64,000 nucleotides of DNA, from assembly GCA_963777085.1 (NCBI GenBank), contig CAVZPI010000014.1, positions 19,778 to 83,777 on the forward strand. The letters run 5' to 3'. Source of the stretch: an uncultured Actinomycetes bacterium (GTDB taxonomy: Bacteria > Actinomycetota > Actinomycetes > S36-B12). Shown here piece by piece: positions 32,428 to 43,063 of this stretch. How positions within the stretch are numbered: position 1 is the first letter of the stretch; every line of letters begins with the position of its first letter. Both the position numbers and the translations under genes were made by a program. The notes under the pieces are model-generated. The model had not been told where the DNA came from and did not search any database. It was given only the letters and a program-made list of their open reading frames with translations.

Positions 32428-33283
32428 CGTGACCCCGCGCCGGCCTGCACCGACGCGGCGCCGGACCGCCGCCGCCTCCCTTCGCCTGCTGCGCTCGGAA
32501 GCCCGGCTCATCGCGGGCCGTCGCCGGAACCAGGCGGGGATCCTCGTGCTCGCCTCCGTCCCGATTCTGGTGGCCGTGGCGCTGAAGCTCTCGGCTCCAC
32601 GGGAGGGTCACGGTCCCGACTTCATGTCGTCGGCCACCTCGAACGGCATCTTCGTCGCCCTGACCTCGCTGAGCATCGAGCTCGCGCTCTTCCTGCCGCT
32701 CGCGGTGGCTGCGCTGTCGGGCGACACGATCGCCGGCGAGGCCAACATCGGCACGCTGCGCTACCTGCTGACCGTGCCGGTCGATCGCACCCGGCTGCTG
32801 GCCGTGAAGTACGTCTCGCTCGTGCTCGGTGCCTGCTTCGGCGTGCTCGTCGTGGCCGGGACCGGGCTGGTCATCGGAGGGGCCCTGTTCGGGCTCGGTC
32901 CGACGACTCTGCTGTCCGGCAACCAGGTGGGCCTCGCCGACGCGCTGGGCAGGCTGGCGATCGCCCTGCTCTACGTCTGCGCCGGCCTGGCCGGCCTGGC
33001 CGCCGTTGGACTGTTCATCTCGACGCTGACCGAGCAGCCGATCGGCGCCATGATCGCGGTGACGGTGGTCTCGACGGCGATGTGGATCCTCGACGGCATC
33101 CCGCAGCTCGCCTGGCTGCAGCCCTGGCTCCTCGTGCACTACTGGCCGGCCTTCTCCGACGCCTTTCGCGACCCCATCTTCTTCGACCAGATGCGCCAGG
33201 GGCTCGTGGTGGACCTCGGCTATATCGTCGTGTTCCTCAGCCTCGCCTGGGCCCGGTTCACCCAGAAGGACGTCACGAGCTGA
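32414..33283 (+). CDS. ABC-2 type permease
   Basis: GDTIAGEANIGTLRYLL, about 6 TM segments, F..KDVTS terminus. Confidence 0.9.
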   Translation: MSVADVTPRRPAPTRRRTAAASLRLLRSEARLIAGRRRNQAGILVLASVPILVAVALKLSAPREGHGPDFMSSATSNGIFVALTSLSIELALFLPLAVAALSGDTIAGEANIGTLRYLLTVPVDRTRLLAVKYVSLVLGACFGVLVVAGTGLVIGGALFGLGPTTLLSGNQVGLADALGRLAIALLYVCAGLAGLAAVGLFISTLTEQPIGAMIAVTVVSTAMWILDGIPQLAWLQPWLLVHYWPAFSDAFRDPIFFDQMRQGLVVDLGYIVVFLSLAWARFTQKDVTS

Positions 33284-33331
33284 CGTCGACCGCCACCCGG
33301 CGTCCGGCTGACTGATCACATCGGGAGCGAC

Positions 33332-35301
33332 ATGGACAGCACTGAGATCGTCGGACGCGGACCCCAGGTCGGGCTCCTGCTCGCGTCTGCGGTCGTGCCG
33401 ACCACCTTCATGAGATCGCTGTCCGAGCGCTCGTGGATCGACCAGGGGATCATCACCGGCCTTGCCACGGGGGCCCACTTCCTGATCACGGTGGTGGCCC
33501 AGGACGTCATCGACGGCGCGGGCGGAGCCTTCTCGACCGTCCTGCCGCTGCCGGCCTCGTGGTCGGACGAGCAGCGCGAGCGGGCGGCGACGCTCCTGCT
33601 CGATGTCGCTGTCATCCCGCTGGGCTTCGGGATTGCCGCACTGGTCGGGTACCGGGACCAGGAGTCGCAGGTGCGCGCCCTGGCCAGGCAGGCGGGCTGG
33701 CGCTTCGCGATGACCGGTGTCGGTGCCGCCCTGCTCGCTGGCGGGCTGGCGCTCACGAGCTTGATCGACCACGCCGTCGGGGCGGATGGGCGGATCCGGC
33801 GACTGCCAATGGGCGTCCCGATCGGCGTGGCGGCCTCCCTGGCGATGGAGTACGCGCGGCAGCGGTCGCTGCCGCCGGAGCACGGCACCGACCCTGCCCG
33901 AGCGAATCCCGTCCTCGGCCTGGCTGCAGGCTCCGCAGTGGTGCTGGCCCTGGGCGGCGCGGCAGCCGGCGAGGTGGTCCTCGCCCGTTGGCTGGGCTCG
34001 GTGGGCAGTCGCGTACTGCCTGGCTCGCAGACGGCGTGGAGCCGGACCGCGCACGTCGTGGCTCTCGGCGGGCTGGTGGCCGGAACGCACGAACTGTGGA
34101 AGTACGCCATGCGCGGCATCGAGTCAGGGACCGCGCAGTACGACGAGGGCATGGACGAGTCGGCGCCTGGCGTGTGGACGACGGAACTGGTCAGCGGCGA
34201 TCCGGCGAGCCTGGTCACCTGGCAGGGCATGGGCCGGGAGGGCAGGCGCCATGTCGTCACCTTCGCACGACCCGAGCCGCTGACCGACCGGCCGAAGGAG
34301 GTACTGGAGCGAAGAGACCCGAACTGTCGATCCGGACGGTCATGCAGGAGACCCCGAAGGCCTCGCCGATCGTCATCTTCGTCGGCCTCGACAACGCACC
34401 GACCGCGGTGGAGCGCGTGGACCTGGCGCTGGCCGAGATGGACCGCACCGATGCCTGGTCCCGGTCGTTGCTCATGCTCATCTCGCCGACCGGGACCGGC
34501 TACGTGAACTACGTGGCGACGGCGGCCGCACAGTACCTGACGCGCGGCGACATCGCCACGGTCACTCTGCAGTACTCCAAGCGACCCTCGCCGCTGTCGC
34601 TGGGGAAGATCGCGGATGCCAAGGAGCAGAACCGACTGCTGTGGCTGCGGATCCTCGAGCGGGTGCGGTTGACGGCCCCACCGGACCGACCCCGGGTGGT
34701 GCTGTTCGGCGAGTCGCTGGGCGCGCACACCAGCCAGGCGGCGTTCGTCGGCTGGGGGACTCTCGGCCCGGAGGCGCTGGGCATCGATCGTGCGCTGTGG
34801 ATCGGCACGCCGGAGAGCAGCCACTGGCGACAGGAGATCATCGGTCCGGAGCGCCCGGACGTGGACAGGTCCCTGGTCGCGGTCGTCAACGACTACGAGC
34901 AGTTCTGCGCGCTGGACCCCGAGGCGCGCGCACGGGTCCGGTACGTGCTGCTCAGCCACGACAACGACGGCGTGACGAAGTTCGGCGCGGGCCTGCTCAG
35001 CCAACGACCGGCATGGCTGGGCCCGAACCGGCCCGCCCCCCAGGACGTGCCTGGCCGCTCTCCGCGTGGCATACCCGCGTCGATGCGCTGGCGCCCGATG
35101 ACGACATTCTTCCAGACGCTCGTCGACATGAAGAACGCCCAGATCCCCGGTGCCTACCGTGCGTGGGCACACGACGACCGCCCCGACCTGCCCGAGTTCA
35201 TCCGCGATGTCTACGGGCTCTCCTGCACTGACGGGCAGATGGCGCGCATACAGTCGGCGTGCGAGCAGCGGGAGCAGTTCCGCGAGGCGGTCTTCGAGTA
35301 G
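33332..35301 (+). CDS. Membrane-anchored alpha/beta hydrolase, Abhydrolase_9-like (frameshift near 34315)
   Basis: Multi-TM N-terminus, SG.P.SLV.W..MGREGRR, PTGTGYVN, QYSKRPS, FGESLGA, HDNDGV. Confidence 0.8.
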
Positions 35302-35319
35302 CGCGGCTAGGGTGCGGTG

Positions 35320-36213
35320 ATGAGCGTCGCCGTCGTCGTCAACCCCACGAAGGTGGGCGATCCGCGGAGCGCGCGCGAGCAGTTCGCGTCGGTGGCGCGG
35401 GGCCTGGGCGAGCCTGCGCCTGCCTGGTTCGAGACCACTGCGCAGGATCCTGGGTCGGGCCAGGCGCGTCGGGCGATCGGGAACGGTGCCACGACCGTGC
35501 TGGCATGGGGTGGAGACGGCACGGTGATGGCGGTGGCGGCCGAGCTGGCGCACTCCGACGTCGCGCTCGGACTGATCCCGGGTGGCACGGGGAACCTGCT
35601 CGCACGCAACCTCGGCATTCCGCTCACCTTTGCCGATGCGGTCCAGACGGCGTACCGCGGGCGCGATCGCCGCATCGACCTGATCGACGTGTACCTCGGC
35701 AAGGGGCAACGACGCCTGTGCTCCGTCATGTGCGGCATGGGCTGGGACGCGGCGATGATGGCCGCACCGGAGTCCATGAAGAGGCGGTTGGGCTGGGGGG
35801 CCTACGCGATCGAGGGCGCCCGACGGCTCGGCCAGAAGCCGATGAGGCTGCGCCTGTCCGTCGACGGCGGGCCTGTCCAGAACCTCTACGGCCGGACCGT
35901 CCTCATCGCCAACGTGGGGACCCTGGTCGCAGGCCTGCGGCTGCTGCCGGAGTCCGAACCGGATGACGGGTTCCTCGAGGTCCTCGTCATCGATCCGTCC
36001 AGCCCGCTCGACTGGGTGCGGACGACGGCCGGGATCCTCCGCGGAAAGGGGTCCGGCTCTGATCCCTCGCGGACGCTGATCCGTGGGCGTGACGTGATCG
36101 TCAGCACGCATCAGTCCCGGGAGCGGCAGATCGACGGCGAACTGGTCAGCGCTGGGCACGGATTCCGTGCCCAGGTCATCCCGCAGGCGCTGGTGGTCCG
36201 TGTCCCCCGCTGA
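35320..36213 (+). CDS. Diacylglycerol/lipid kinase family protein
   Basis: VVNPTK, GGDGTV, PGGTGNLLARNLG, GMGWDA, QIDGE. Confidence 0.92.
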   Translation: MSVAVVVNPTKVGDPRSAREQFASVARGLGEPAPAWFETTAQDPGSGQARRAIGNGATTVLAWGGDGTVMAVAAELAHSDVALGLIPGGTGNLLARNLGIPLTFADAVQTAYRGRDRRIDLIDVYLGKGQRRLCSVMCGMGWDAAMMAAPESMKRRLGWGAYAIEGARRLGQKPMRLRLSVDGGPVQNLYGRTVLIANVGTLVAGLRLLPESEPDDGFLEVLVIDPSSPLDWVRTTAGILRGKGSGSDPSRTLIRGRDVIVSTHQSRERQIDGELVSAGHGFRAQVIPQALVVRVPR

Positions 36214-36375
36214 CGTGGACATGGGATCGCCGTTTCACAGACGCGGTACCGACGCAGGGCATTGCCTGAGGGCCGGTCGCGGGGCCCTCAATCCGATACG
36301 ATCGCGTTGCCGTCATCGCTGAGGGCGACGGCTGAACCACCCCGACGCACGGCCAACCGACACGCGGATGCCCAC

Positions 36376-36903
36376 ATGACGAAACTGACCGCCGCCCCTG
36401 TCACGTCCCGCCAGGGAGCCCCCGACGTCCGCATGCTCACGACCATCGCCTGGGTGGCCGGACCGACCATCATCTTCGTCGGCTGGTTCCTGATGAGCAT
36501 GATCGCCGGATCGCAGAAGCCCGGGGGCGCTACGGACAACACGTCCCTGGCCCTGGTGTTCCTCTTCGCCCTCATCACGAGCATCCCGCTGATCATCGTC
36601 AGCCTCGTCGGCGGAGTGACGACCCTGCTCTCGGAGAGCCTGAAGACCCTGAGCGTCATGAACGTGATCGCACTCGCCTGGAACGGGATCATCTTCGCGA
36701 TCTACTTCGGGCTCTTCGGCATCATCGGCTCGCTCCCGAAGGACGGCTTCCCCGTGACGGGGCTCACCATCGCGGCGCTCATCCCCATCGCGCTCGTCAC
36801 GATCGTCCTGCCGATCGGCTTCTTCCTGTACAACCGGCGGGCCATCGCGAGGGCCACCGAGGCGGACAGGGCCCTCCAGCCGGCCATCAGCTACGACATC
36901 TAG
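36376..36903 (+). CDS. Hypothetical membrane protein (4 TM)
   Basis: Strong GC3 codon bias and four hydrophobic segments. Confidence 0.65.
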   Translation: MTKLTAAPVTSRQGAPDVRMLTTIAWVAGPTIIFVGWFLMSMIAGSQKPGGATDNTSLALVFLFALITSIPLIIVSLVGGVTTLLSESLKTLSVMNVIALAWNGIIFAIYFGLFGIIGSLPKDGFPVTGLTIAALIPIALVTIVLPIGFFLYNRRAIARATEADRALQPAISYDI

Positions 36904-36968
36904 GCACTGCGCGGGCCCCGGAGCCAGCCACGCCGGCTGCGGCATCCGGGTCAGGTAGCGTCCGGCAC

Positions 36969-37482
36969 ATGCATGACTTCGAACACGCACCCGTGCCGCC
37001 GCCCGCCCGGGGAGGCGCCTACAGCTACGCGGGGCCGGTGCACTGGGAGTACCGCCCGGAGCTGGACGGCGATCCGGATCCGGGCGAGATCGTCTGGACG
37101 TGGGTCTCCTTCGAGGAGGACGCCAGCGTGGGCAAGGACCGTCCAGTGGCGGTCGTCGGCCGCACTGCAGGACCGTCGGCTCGTCGCCCTCATGCTCTCC
37201 AGCGTCGACCACGGCGGCGATGGCGGCTGGGTGTTGATCGGCACCGGCCCGTGGGACCGGCAGGGCCGCGCGAGCTGGGTGCGACGGGACCGGCTGCTGG
37301 CCGTGCCGGCGAGTGCGGTCCGACGGGAAGGGGCGATCCTGCCCCGATCCGCCTTCGACGACATCCTCAGCGGCATGCGCGCGACGCCCGGACTCCCGGC
37401 GCCCGATCGGCGCACGTCGAGGCGTTCCGTCCTCATGAGTCGACTGCGTCGCCTGCTCGATCGACGCTCCCGCCAGGTCTAG
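36969..37482 (+). CDS. PemK/MazF-like protein (frameshift near 37165)
   Basis: YRPELDGDPDPGEIVWTWVSFEED...GKDRPV.VVGR, then LMLSS...IGTGPWDRQGR.SWVR.DR...RREGA in the next frame. Confidence 0.75.
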
Positions 37483-37529
37483 GGCCCGTCTGCCGGAGGC
37501 ATCTCCGTGGATACGTCCGATATTGCTGT

Positions 37530-37563
37530 TTGATGCCGCAGATGCATAGTAGATTGCGGAATT
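37530..37563 (+). promoter_or_regulatory. Probable operator/promoter of the mod operon
   Basis: AT-richer stretch with CCGCAgaTGC and TGCGGA directly before the ATG. Confidence 0.35.
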
Positions 37564-37956
37564 ATGGCGAATCTGCGGGTTGCACAGGCAGCTGCGCTGC
37601 TGGGCGTGAGCGACGACACGATCCGTCGCTGGCTGGACTCGGGTCGGCTGCGGACGGGTGACGGCGTGGCCGGCCCGCGAACCGTCAACGCGGCCAGCGT
37701 CGCCTCGCTCATGGCCGAGCAGGCCCCCGAGAGTGCGCCGACGCTCCAATCGGCGCGCAACCGCTTCCCGGGCATCGTGACCAGGGTCGAGCGGGACGGG
37801 GTGATGGCCCTCGTGGAGATCCAGGCGGGTCCGCACCGCGTGACGTCGCTGCTCAGCCGCGAGTCCGCCGACGAGCTCGGCCTCGAGCCGGGCGTGCGGG
37901 TGGCTGCCGTCATCAAGTCCACGAACGTGATCGTGGAGCGTGAGGAGTCCTCATGA
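37564..37956 (+). CDS. HTH + TOBE molybdenum-responsive regulator
   Basis: AAALLGVSDDTIRRW..SG, SARNRFPG.V, AVIKSTNV. Confidence 0.9.
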   Translation: MANLRVAQAAALLGVSDDTIRRWLDSGRLRTGDGVAGPRTVNAASVASLMAEQAPESAPTLQSARNRFPGIVTRVERDGVMALVEIQAGPHRVTSLLSRESADELGLEPGVRVAAVIKSTNVIVEREESS

Positions 37957-38750
37957 GGATGCCGCGCCTCGTCGCGACCTGGTCCCTGGCAGTGGCGGTC
38001 ATGGCTGCTGCCGTCACGGGGGCGGGGGTCTCGAACGCTGCGACAGAAGGCGGTGGTCCCGCCGCCACGCCGCGGGGCACCATCACCGTGTCCGCAGCCG
38101 CGTCCCTCACCGACGTCTTCCCGGTGATCGGCCGGGCCTTCAGCGTGCGGTATCCCGGCGTCACCGTGAAGTTCAACTTCGGGGGCAGTTCGGCGCTGGT
38201 CGAGCAGATCAGCGCAGGGGCACCGGTCGACGTGCTGGCCACGGCCTCGGAGTCGACGATGGCGAAGGCCGTGGCGGCGGGTCACGCCTCGCACCCGCTG
38301 CTCTTCGCCAAGAACACCATGGCGATCGCCATGCCCCCGGACAATCCTGCCCGGATCAGGGGGATCGCAGACCTGGCCCGGCCCGGCGTGCTGGTGGCCG
38401 CATGCGCGGTGGCCGTGCCGTGTGGCACGGCAGCTCGCGACCTGTTCGCCATGAACCGCGTGACGGTCACGCCGGTCACCCTCGAGTTGGACGTGCGCTC
38501 CGTGCTCGGCAAGGTGATGGCGGGGGAGGTGGACGCGGGCGTGGTCTACGTCACCGACGTGCGCGCCGTGGGCAGCAGGGTGTCGGCCGTCTTCATCGCC
38601 TCCGATCGCAATGCGACGACGACCTACCCGATCGCCACGGTGACGGGCGCCCCGAACCCGTTGGCTGCCAAGGCGTTCGTCGACTACGTGCGCTTCACTC
38701 CGTCTGCCCAGGGCATCCTGCGCGCCTACGGATTCGCCAGGCCCTGGTGA
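37953..38750 (+). CDS. modA: Molybdate ABC transporter substrate-binding protein
   Basis: AAASLTD, NFGGSS.L..QI..GAP.DV, VPCG, DVRSVL.KV..GE.DAG.VY.TD. Confidence 0.95.
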   Translation: MRMPRLVATWSLAVAVMAAAVTGAGVSNAATEGGGPAATPRGTITVSAAASLTDVFPVIGRAFSVRYPGVTVKFNFGGSSALVEQISAGAPVDVLATASESTMAKAVAAGHASHPLLFAKNTMAIAMPPDNPARIRGIADLARPGVLVAACAVAVPCGTAARDLFAMNRVTVTPVTLELDVRSVLGKVMAGEVDAGVVYVTDVRAVGSRVSAVFIASDRNATTTYPIATVTGAPNPLAAKAFVDYVRFTPSAQGILRAYGFARPW

Positions 38751-39544
38751 GCCGTCGCGCGGCCGCCGCACCCTGGTTCCTCGTTGCCCCGGGCCTGGTC
38801 GCGGTCGGCTTCCTGGTCGTCCCGCTCCTCGGACTGCTGGCCCAGGCACCATGGGGGTCGTTCGGCGAGATCCTCGGCTCACCGGAGGCGAGGGACGCCC
38901 TCCGCCTGTCGATGGTGACGTCGGTGACCGCCACCGCCTTCGCCGCGGTGGTGGGGATCCCGTTGGCCTGGCTGCTGGCGCGCGAGATCCTGCCGGCGAC
39001 GGGCCTGGTGCGGGCGCTGGTGGTCCTGCCGCTCCTGGTGCCGCCGGTCGTCTCGGGAGTGGCCCTGCTGTCGGCCTTCGGCCGGCGCGGCCTCATCGGC
39101 CAGTTCCTCTACTCCAGTCTCGGGATCCAGCTTCCGTTCACGACCGTCGGCGTCGTGCTGGCGGAGGCGTTCGTGGCCATGCCCTTCCTCGTCATCACTC
39201 TCGAGGGAGCCTTCCGCTCGCTGGATCGGCGGTACGAGGACGCCGCGGTCACGCTCGGCGCATCGTCGTGGACGGTCTTCCGCCGGATCACGCTGCCGCT
39301 GGTGGGTCCGTCGCTGATCGCCGGGTCCGTGCTGTGCTGGGCGCGTGCGCTGGGCGAGTTCGGCGCCACGATCACCTTCGCAGGCAACTTCCCGGGGGTG
39401 ACCCAGACGATGCCGCTGGCGGTCTACACCGCGCTGGAGTCCGACCGCTCCGTCGCGATTGCGCTGAGCATCGTCCTGCTCGCCGTGTGCCTCGTCGTCC
39501 TCGTCGCGCTGCGCGGCCGATACCTGCGACCGACGGTGGCGTGA
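38747..39544 (+). CDS. modB: Molybdate ABC transporter permease
   Basis: LPLLVPPVV.G, PFTT.GVV, WARALGEFGATITFAGN.PG.TQTMPLA. GTGA overlap with modA. Confidence 0.93.
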   Translation: MSRRAAAAPWFLVAPGLVAVGFLVVPLLGLLAQAPWGSFGEILGSPEARDALRLSMVTSVTATAFAAVVGIPLAWLLAREILPATGLVRALVVLPLLVPPVVSGVALLSAFGRRGLIGQFLYSSLGIQLPFTTVGVVLAEAFVAMPFLVITLEGAFRSLDRRYEDAAVTLGASSWTVFRRITLPLVGPSLIAGSVLCWARALGEFGATITFAGNFPGVTQTMPLAVYTALESDRSVAIALSIVLLAVCLVVLVALRGRYLRPTVA

Positions 39545-40605
39545 TGCCGCTCATCGTGGACTGCACCGTCTCGCGTGGGGACTTCACGCTCACCGTCGTC
39601 ACCGAGATCGCTGCGGGCACGGTCGTCGCCGTCCTCGGGCCGAACGGCGCCGGCAAGTCCACGCTCGTGCGCGCGATCGCCGGGCTGCACCCGGTCGAGA
39701 CGGGCTCCATCACCATCGGCGCCGAGGTGGTCGACGAGGTCGGTGGCGCCTTCGTCCCGCCGCAGCGGCGGGCCGTCGGCGTGGTGTTCCAGGACTACGC
39801 GCTCTTCCCCCATCTCAGCGTGCTCGACAACGTCGCCTTCGGCCCGCGCTCGCGGGGCGCAGGCCGGGCGAAGTCCCGCGCCGCCGCCCTCGCCACCCTG
39901 GAGAGGCTCGGGATAGCCGACCTCGCCGGACGAGCACCACGGGCCATCTCCGGAGGGCAGGCCCAGCGCGTCGCGCTCGCGCGGGCGCTCGCGACCGCAC
40001 CGGACGTCCTGCTCCTGGACGAACCGCTGGCCGCCCTCGACGCCGAGACGAAGGAGAGCGTCCGGGTCGAGCTCGAGACGCAGCTGGCCGCGTTCGCCGG
40101 GTGCGTCGTGCTGGTGACCCATGACCCGCTCGACGCGATGCTCCTGGCCGACCGGGTCATCGTGATCGAGGGCGGCGCCGTGGTGCTGGACGGCACGCCG
40201 GCCGATCTGGCCAGTCGCCCCACCACCGCCTATACGGCCGCTCTCATGGGCGTCACCCTGCTGCGCGGTACTGCCCGGGCCGGAAGGCTGGTACTCGACG
40301 ACGGAGGGATCCTGCAGGTCGCCGACGCCGAGCTGGCCGGTCGTGTGCTGGCGGTCGTGCGGCCCGAATCGGTGACGCTGCATCGGCACCGGCCCGAGGG
40401 CAGCGCACGCAACTCGTGGGCGGGAGTGGTGTCGTCCCTCCAGCCCTCGCACGACCGCGTCCGCGTCCACGTGCAGGGCAGCCCGTCCGTCGTCGCGGCG
40501 GTGACCCCGGCGGCGGTGGCGGACCTCGGGCTGGGCCGGGGCGTCGATGTCTGGCTCAGTGTCAAGGCCCTTGACATCGACGTCTACGCCACCCCGACGC
40601 GCTGA
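39541..40605 (+). CDS. modC: Molybdate ABC transporter ATP-binding protein with TOBE domain
   Basis: GPNGAGKS, VFQDYALFPHL, SGGQAQR, LDEPL, C-terminal SARN...SVKA. Confidence 0.92.
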   Translation: MMPLIVDCTVSRGDFTLTVVTEIAAGTVVAVLGPNGAGKSTLVRAIAGLHPVETGSITIGAEVVDEVGGAFVPPQRRAVGVVFQDYALFPHLSVLDNVAFGPRSRGAGRAKSRAAALATLERLGIADLAGRAPRAISGGQAQRVALARALATAPDVLLLDEPLAALDAETKESVRVELETQLAAFAGCVVLVTHDPLDAMLLADRVIVIEGGAVVLDGTPADLASRPTTAYTAALMGVTLLRGTARAGRLVLDDGGILQVADAELAGRVLAVVRPESVTLHRHRPEGSARNSWAGVVSSLQPSHDRVRVHVQGSPSVVAAVTPAAVADLGLGRGVDVWLSVKALDIDVYATPTR

Positions 40606-40690
40606 TATAGACGGCGTCCGAGGCCGGTCCAGGATCTGCGGGCTGCCCGGAACAGCGGACTGAGGCGGCTCGCCTCGGTACCGTGCGGGG

Positions 40691-42352
40691 ATGGATGAGG
40701 CACACGGCGGCCAGCACGTCATCGACGCAGCCCTCGCGGCCGGTGTCAGCACCCTCTTCACGCTGAACGGGGCCCACCTGTTCCCGGTCTACGACGCGGC
40801 GGTCGGCGGCCGGGAGGGCGTGGCAGCGGCACCCGATCGCCGGGCCGCCGAGCAGGCCGGCCCCCTCCGCCTCGTCGACACCCGGCATGAGCAGACCGCC
40901 GTGTTCGCCGCAGAGGCGATGGGCCGGCTGACCCGGACACCCGGCTTCGCTGCCGTCACGGCCGGACCGGGCGTGACGAACGCCGTGAGCGCCATCGCCA
41001 GCGCCCACTTCAACGGCACGCCCATGGTCGTCCTCGGTGGTCGGTCGCCCGACTCGCGGTGGGGCAGCGGGGCCCTGCAGGAGCTCGATCAGCCACCGAT
41101 CCTCGCGCCGGTGACGAAGGCCGCATGGACGACGCACGAGGCGGCTGCCATCCGCGGCGACGGCGACCGGGCCTTCGCACTCGCATCGTCCGCGCACAGC
41201 GGTCCGGTGTTCTGGGACATCCCGATGGACGTGTACTTCTCGATGACACCCCGGCCGCCGGTCGCCGCCCCGGCCGTCGATCACGGCGGCGAGCCCGATC
41301 CGGATGGCGTCCGCGCGGCGCGTGGACTGCTGGCGGAGGCGAGGCACCCGGTGCTCATCCTCGGCAGCGGCGTCTGGATGGGCGACGCGGTCGAGGCCGC
41401 ACAGGCCCTGGTGTCGTCGCGCAATCTCCCCGTCATCGCCAACGGGATGGGCCGCGGCATCCTCCCGCCGAGCGATCCGCACCTCGTCACCCGCGCGCGG
41501 TCCTCGGCCTTCGCCGGTGCCGACCTCGTGATCGTGGTCGGCACCCCGCTGGACTTCCGGCTGGGATACGGCGTGTTCGGCGATCCGGCGGCGAAGGTCA
41601 TCCATGTCGTGGATGCCGACAGCCAGCGCTCGAGCGCGCGCACCGTGGCGTGCACGCTCGTGGGCGATCTCCGGTCGAGCCTGGCGGCGCTCGTTGACGG
41701 CCCGGCAGCAGATCCGGCCTGGGTGTCGTCGCTTCGGGAGGCCGCCTTGGCTGCACTGGCCGCCGACCAGGCCGGCCTGACCAGTGGCAGCACTCCCATC
41801 CAGCCGTCCCGAATCTACGGAGAGCTGCTGCCGCGGCTCACCGACGATGCCATCGTCATCGGCGACGGTGGCGACTTCGTCTCCTTCGCAGGCAAGTACG
41901 TCGAGCCGGCCCGGCCCGGTCGGTGGCTCGACCCCGGACCGTACGGCTGCCTGGGCACGGGCCCCGGGTACGCACTCGCCGCCGGGCTGGCCCATCCGCA
42001 GTCGCCGCTGTTCCTGCTGCTCGGTGACGGGGCCGCTGGATTCTCGCTCATGGACGTCGATTCGCTGGTTCGGCACCGGATCCCGGCAGTGATGATCGTC
42101 GGGAACAATGCGGGCTGGGCGCTGGAGAAGCACCCGATGCGAGCGCTCCTGGGCTACGACGTGATCGCGGACCTGGCCCCGACGCACTACGACGAGATCG
42201 TCGTCGCGCTGGGCGGCGGCGGCGAGACGGTAACCGATCCCGAGCAGATCGGGCCGGCGATCGACAGGGCCATGGCGTCGGGCATCCCGTACCTCGTCAA
42301 TGTCATGACCGATCCCGAGGCGGCCTACCCGAGATCGACCCTGGGCATCTGA
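40691..42352 (+). CDS. ThDP-dependent acetolactate synthase-like enzyme (IlvG/2-hydroxyacyl-CoA lyase-like)
   Basis: TRHEQTAVFAAE, TAGPGVTN, DFRLGYG, DPGPYGCLG, GDG...NN, YPRS terminus. Confidence 0.9.
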   Translation: MDEAHGGQHVIDAALAAGVSTLFTLNGAHLFPVYDAAVGGREGVAAAPDRRAAEQAGPLRLVDTRHEQTAVFAAEAMGRLTRTPGFAAVTAGPGVTNAVSAIASAHFNGTPMVVLGGRSPDSRWGSGALQELDQPPILAPVTKAAWTTHEAAAIRGDGDRAFALASSAHSGPVFWDIPMDVYFSMTPRPPVAAPAVDHGGEPDPDGVRAARGLLAEARHPVLILGSGVWMGDAVEAAQALVSSRNLPVIANGMGRGILPPSDPHLVTRARSSAFAGADLVIVVGTPLDFRLGYGVFGDPAAKVIHVVDADSQRSSARTVACTLVGDLRSSLAALVDGPAADPAWVSSLREAALAALAADQAGLTSGSTPIQPSRIYGELLPRLTDDAIVIGDGGDFVSFAGKYVEPARPGRWLDPGPYGCLGTGPGYALAAGLAHPQSPLFLLLGDGAAGFSLMDVDSLVRHRIPAVMIVGNNAGWALEKHPMRALLGYDVIADLAPTHYDEIVVALGGGGETVTDPEQIGPAIDRAMASGIPYLVNVMTDPEAAYPRSTLGI

Positions 42353-42370
42353 CCCCGCCGTCGAGTGCCC

Positions 42371-42775
42371 TCAGCCCGGGAAGCCGTCCGGTCGCACGAT
42401 CACGCGCGTGTGGGTGCCCGCGCCGATCTCGACCGTCTCGCCGCCGGACTCGTGGGTGGCGTGGACCTCGAAGACGACCCGGGCGCCCTTGACCTCGATG
42501 ATGCGCGCCGTGGCGGTGACCGGGGTGCCGACGGCCGACGGCGCGAGATGCCGGACATCCATGTGCGACCCGACCGACGTGGCCCCTGATGGCAGGTGGC
42601 CCGCCAGCGCATCGCACGCGGCGGCCTCCATGAGCGCGATCATGATGGGCGTCGCGAGAACGGGCAGGGTCCCGCTGCCGACCTCGATCGCGGTGTCGCT
42701 GCGCCGGACGGTCCGGGCCGCCTGACCGGTGGCCCCGACGGGGATGACCGCGTCAGGATCGCGGGAGAACGGCAT
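42371..42775 (-). CDS. Hotdog thioesterase (FlK/fluoroacetyl-CoA thioesterase-like)
   Basis: GSG.LPVLATP.MIALMEAAA, TSVG....HLAPS.VG, G.HTR. Confidence 0.88.
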   Translation of the reverse strand: MPFSRDPDAVIPVGATGQAARTVRRSDTAIEVGSGTLPVLATPIMIALMEAAACDALAGHLPSGATSVGSHMDVRHLAPSAVGTPVTATARIIEVKGARVVFEVHATHESGGETVEIGAGTHTRVIVRPDGFPG

Positions 42776-42921
42776 GCGCGGCAACCTCCTCGGCCTCGGT
42801 CGGGCGCGACGGCCAGGAGCACACGGTAGTCCGAGGCTCGGCTCGGAACCGGCGAACCGACGCGTTTCTCGCCGTGCAGATGTGCCCCCTTCCGTCAGGA
42901 GACAGATCATCAGCCAGGTCC

Positions 42922-42977
42922 TGAATCGTCTTTAATCCTTGGGAGATCACACTCTCAGAAGGATTCAGGACGGTTCA
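42922..42977. mobile_element. 56-bp imperfect inverted repeat resembling two fused IS3-family ends
   Basis: TGAATCGTCTTTAATCCTTGGGAGAT-CACA-CTCTCAGAAGGATTCAGGACGGTTCA. Arms match 20/26, with TG...CA termini. Confidence 0.45.
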
Positions 42978-43063
42978 CTGCGCCTGCGTCAGACTGCAGC
43001 CTGACAACCCACCGAAGCCATCCGGAGAGACCCACTGTCACTCCGACCCGTGATCCGCAAGAC

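Noticed and set aside
33316-36222. 968-aa minus-strand ORF and many other long overlapping ORFs (e.g. 7036..8772, 12246..14048, 22677..24482, 26279..28300, 45287..47119)
   Set aside because: These are antisense or off-frame shadows of real genes. They are Arg/Gly/Pro-rich, lack motifs, and are expected at ~70% GC.
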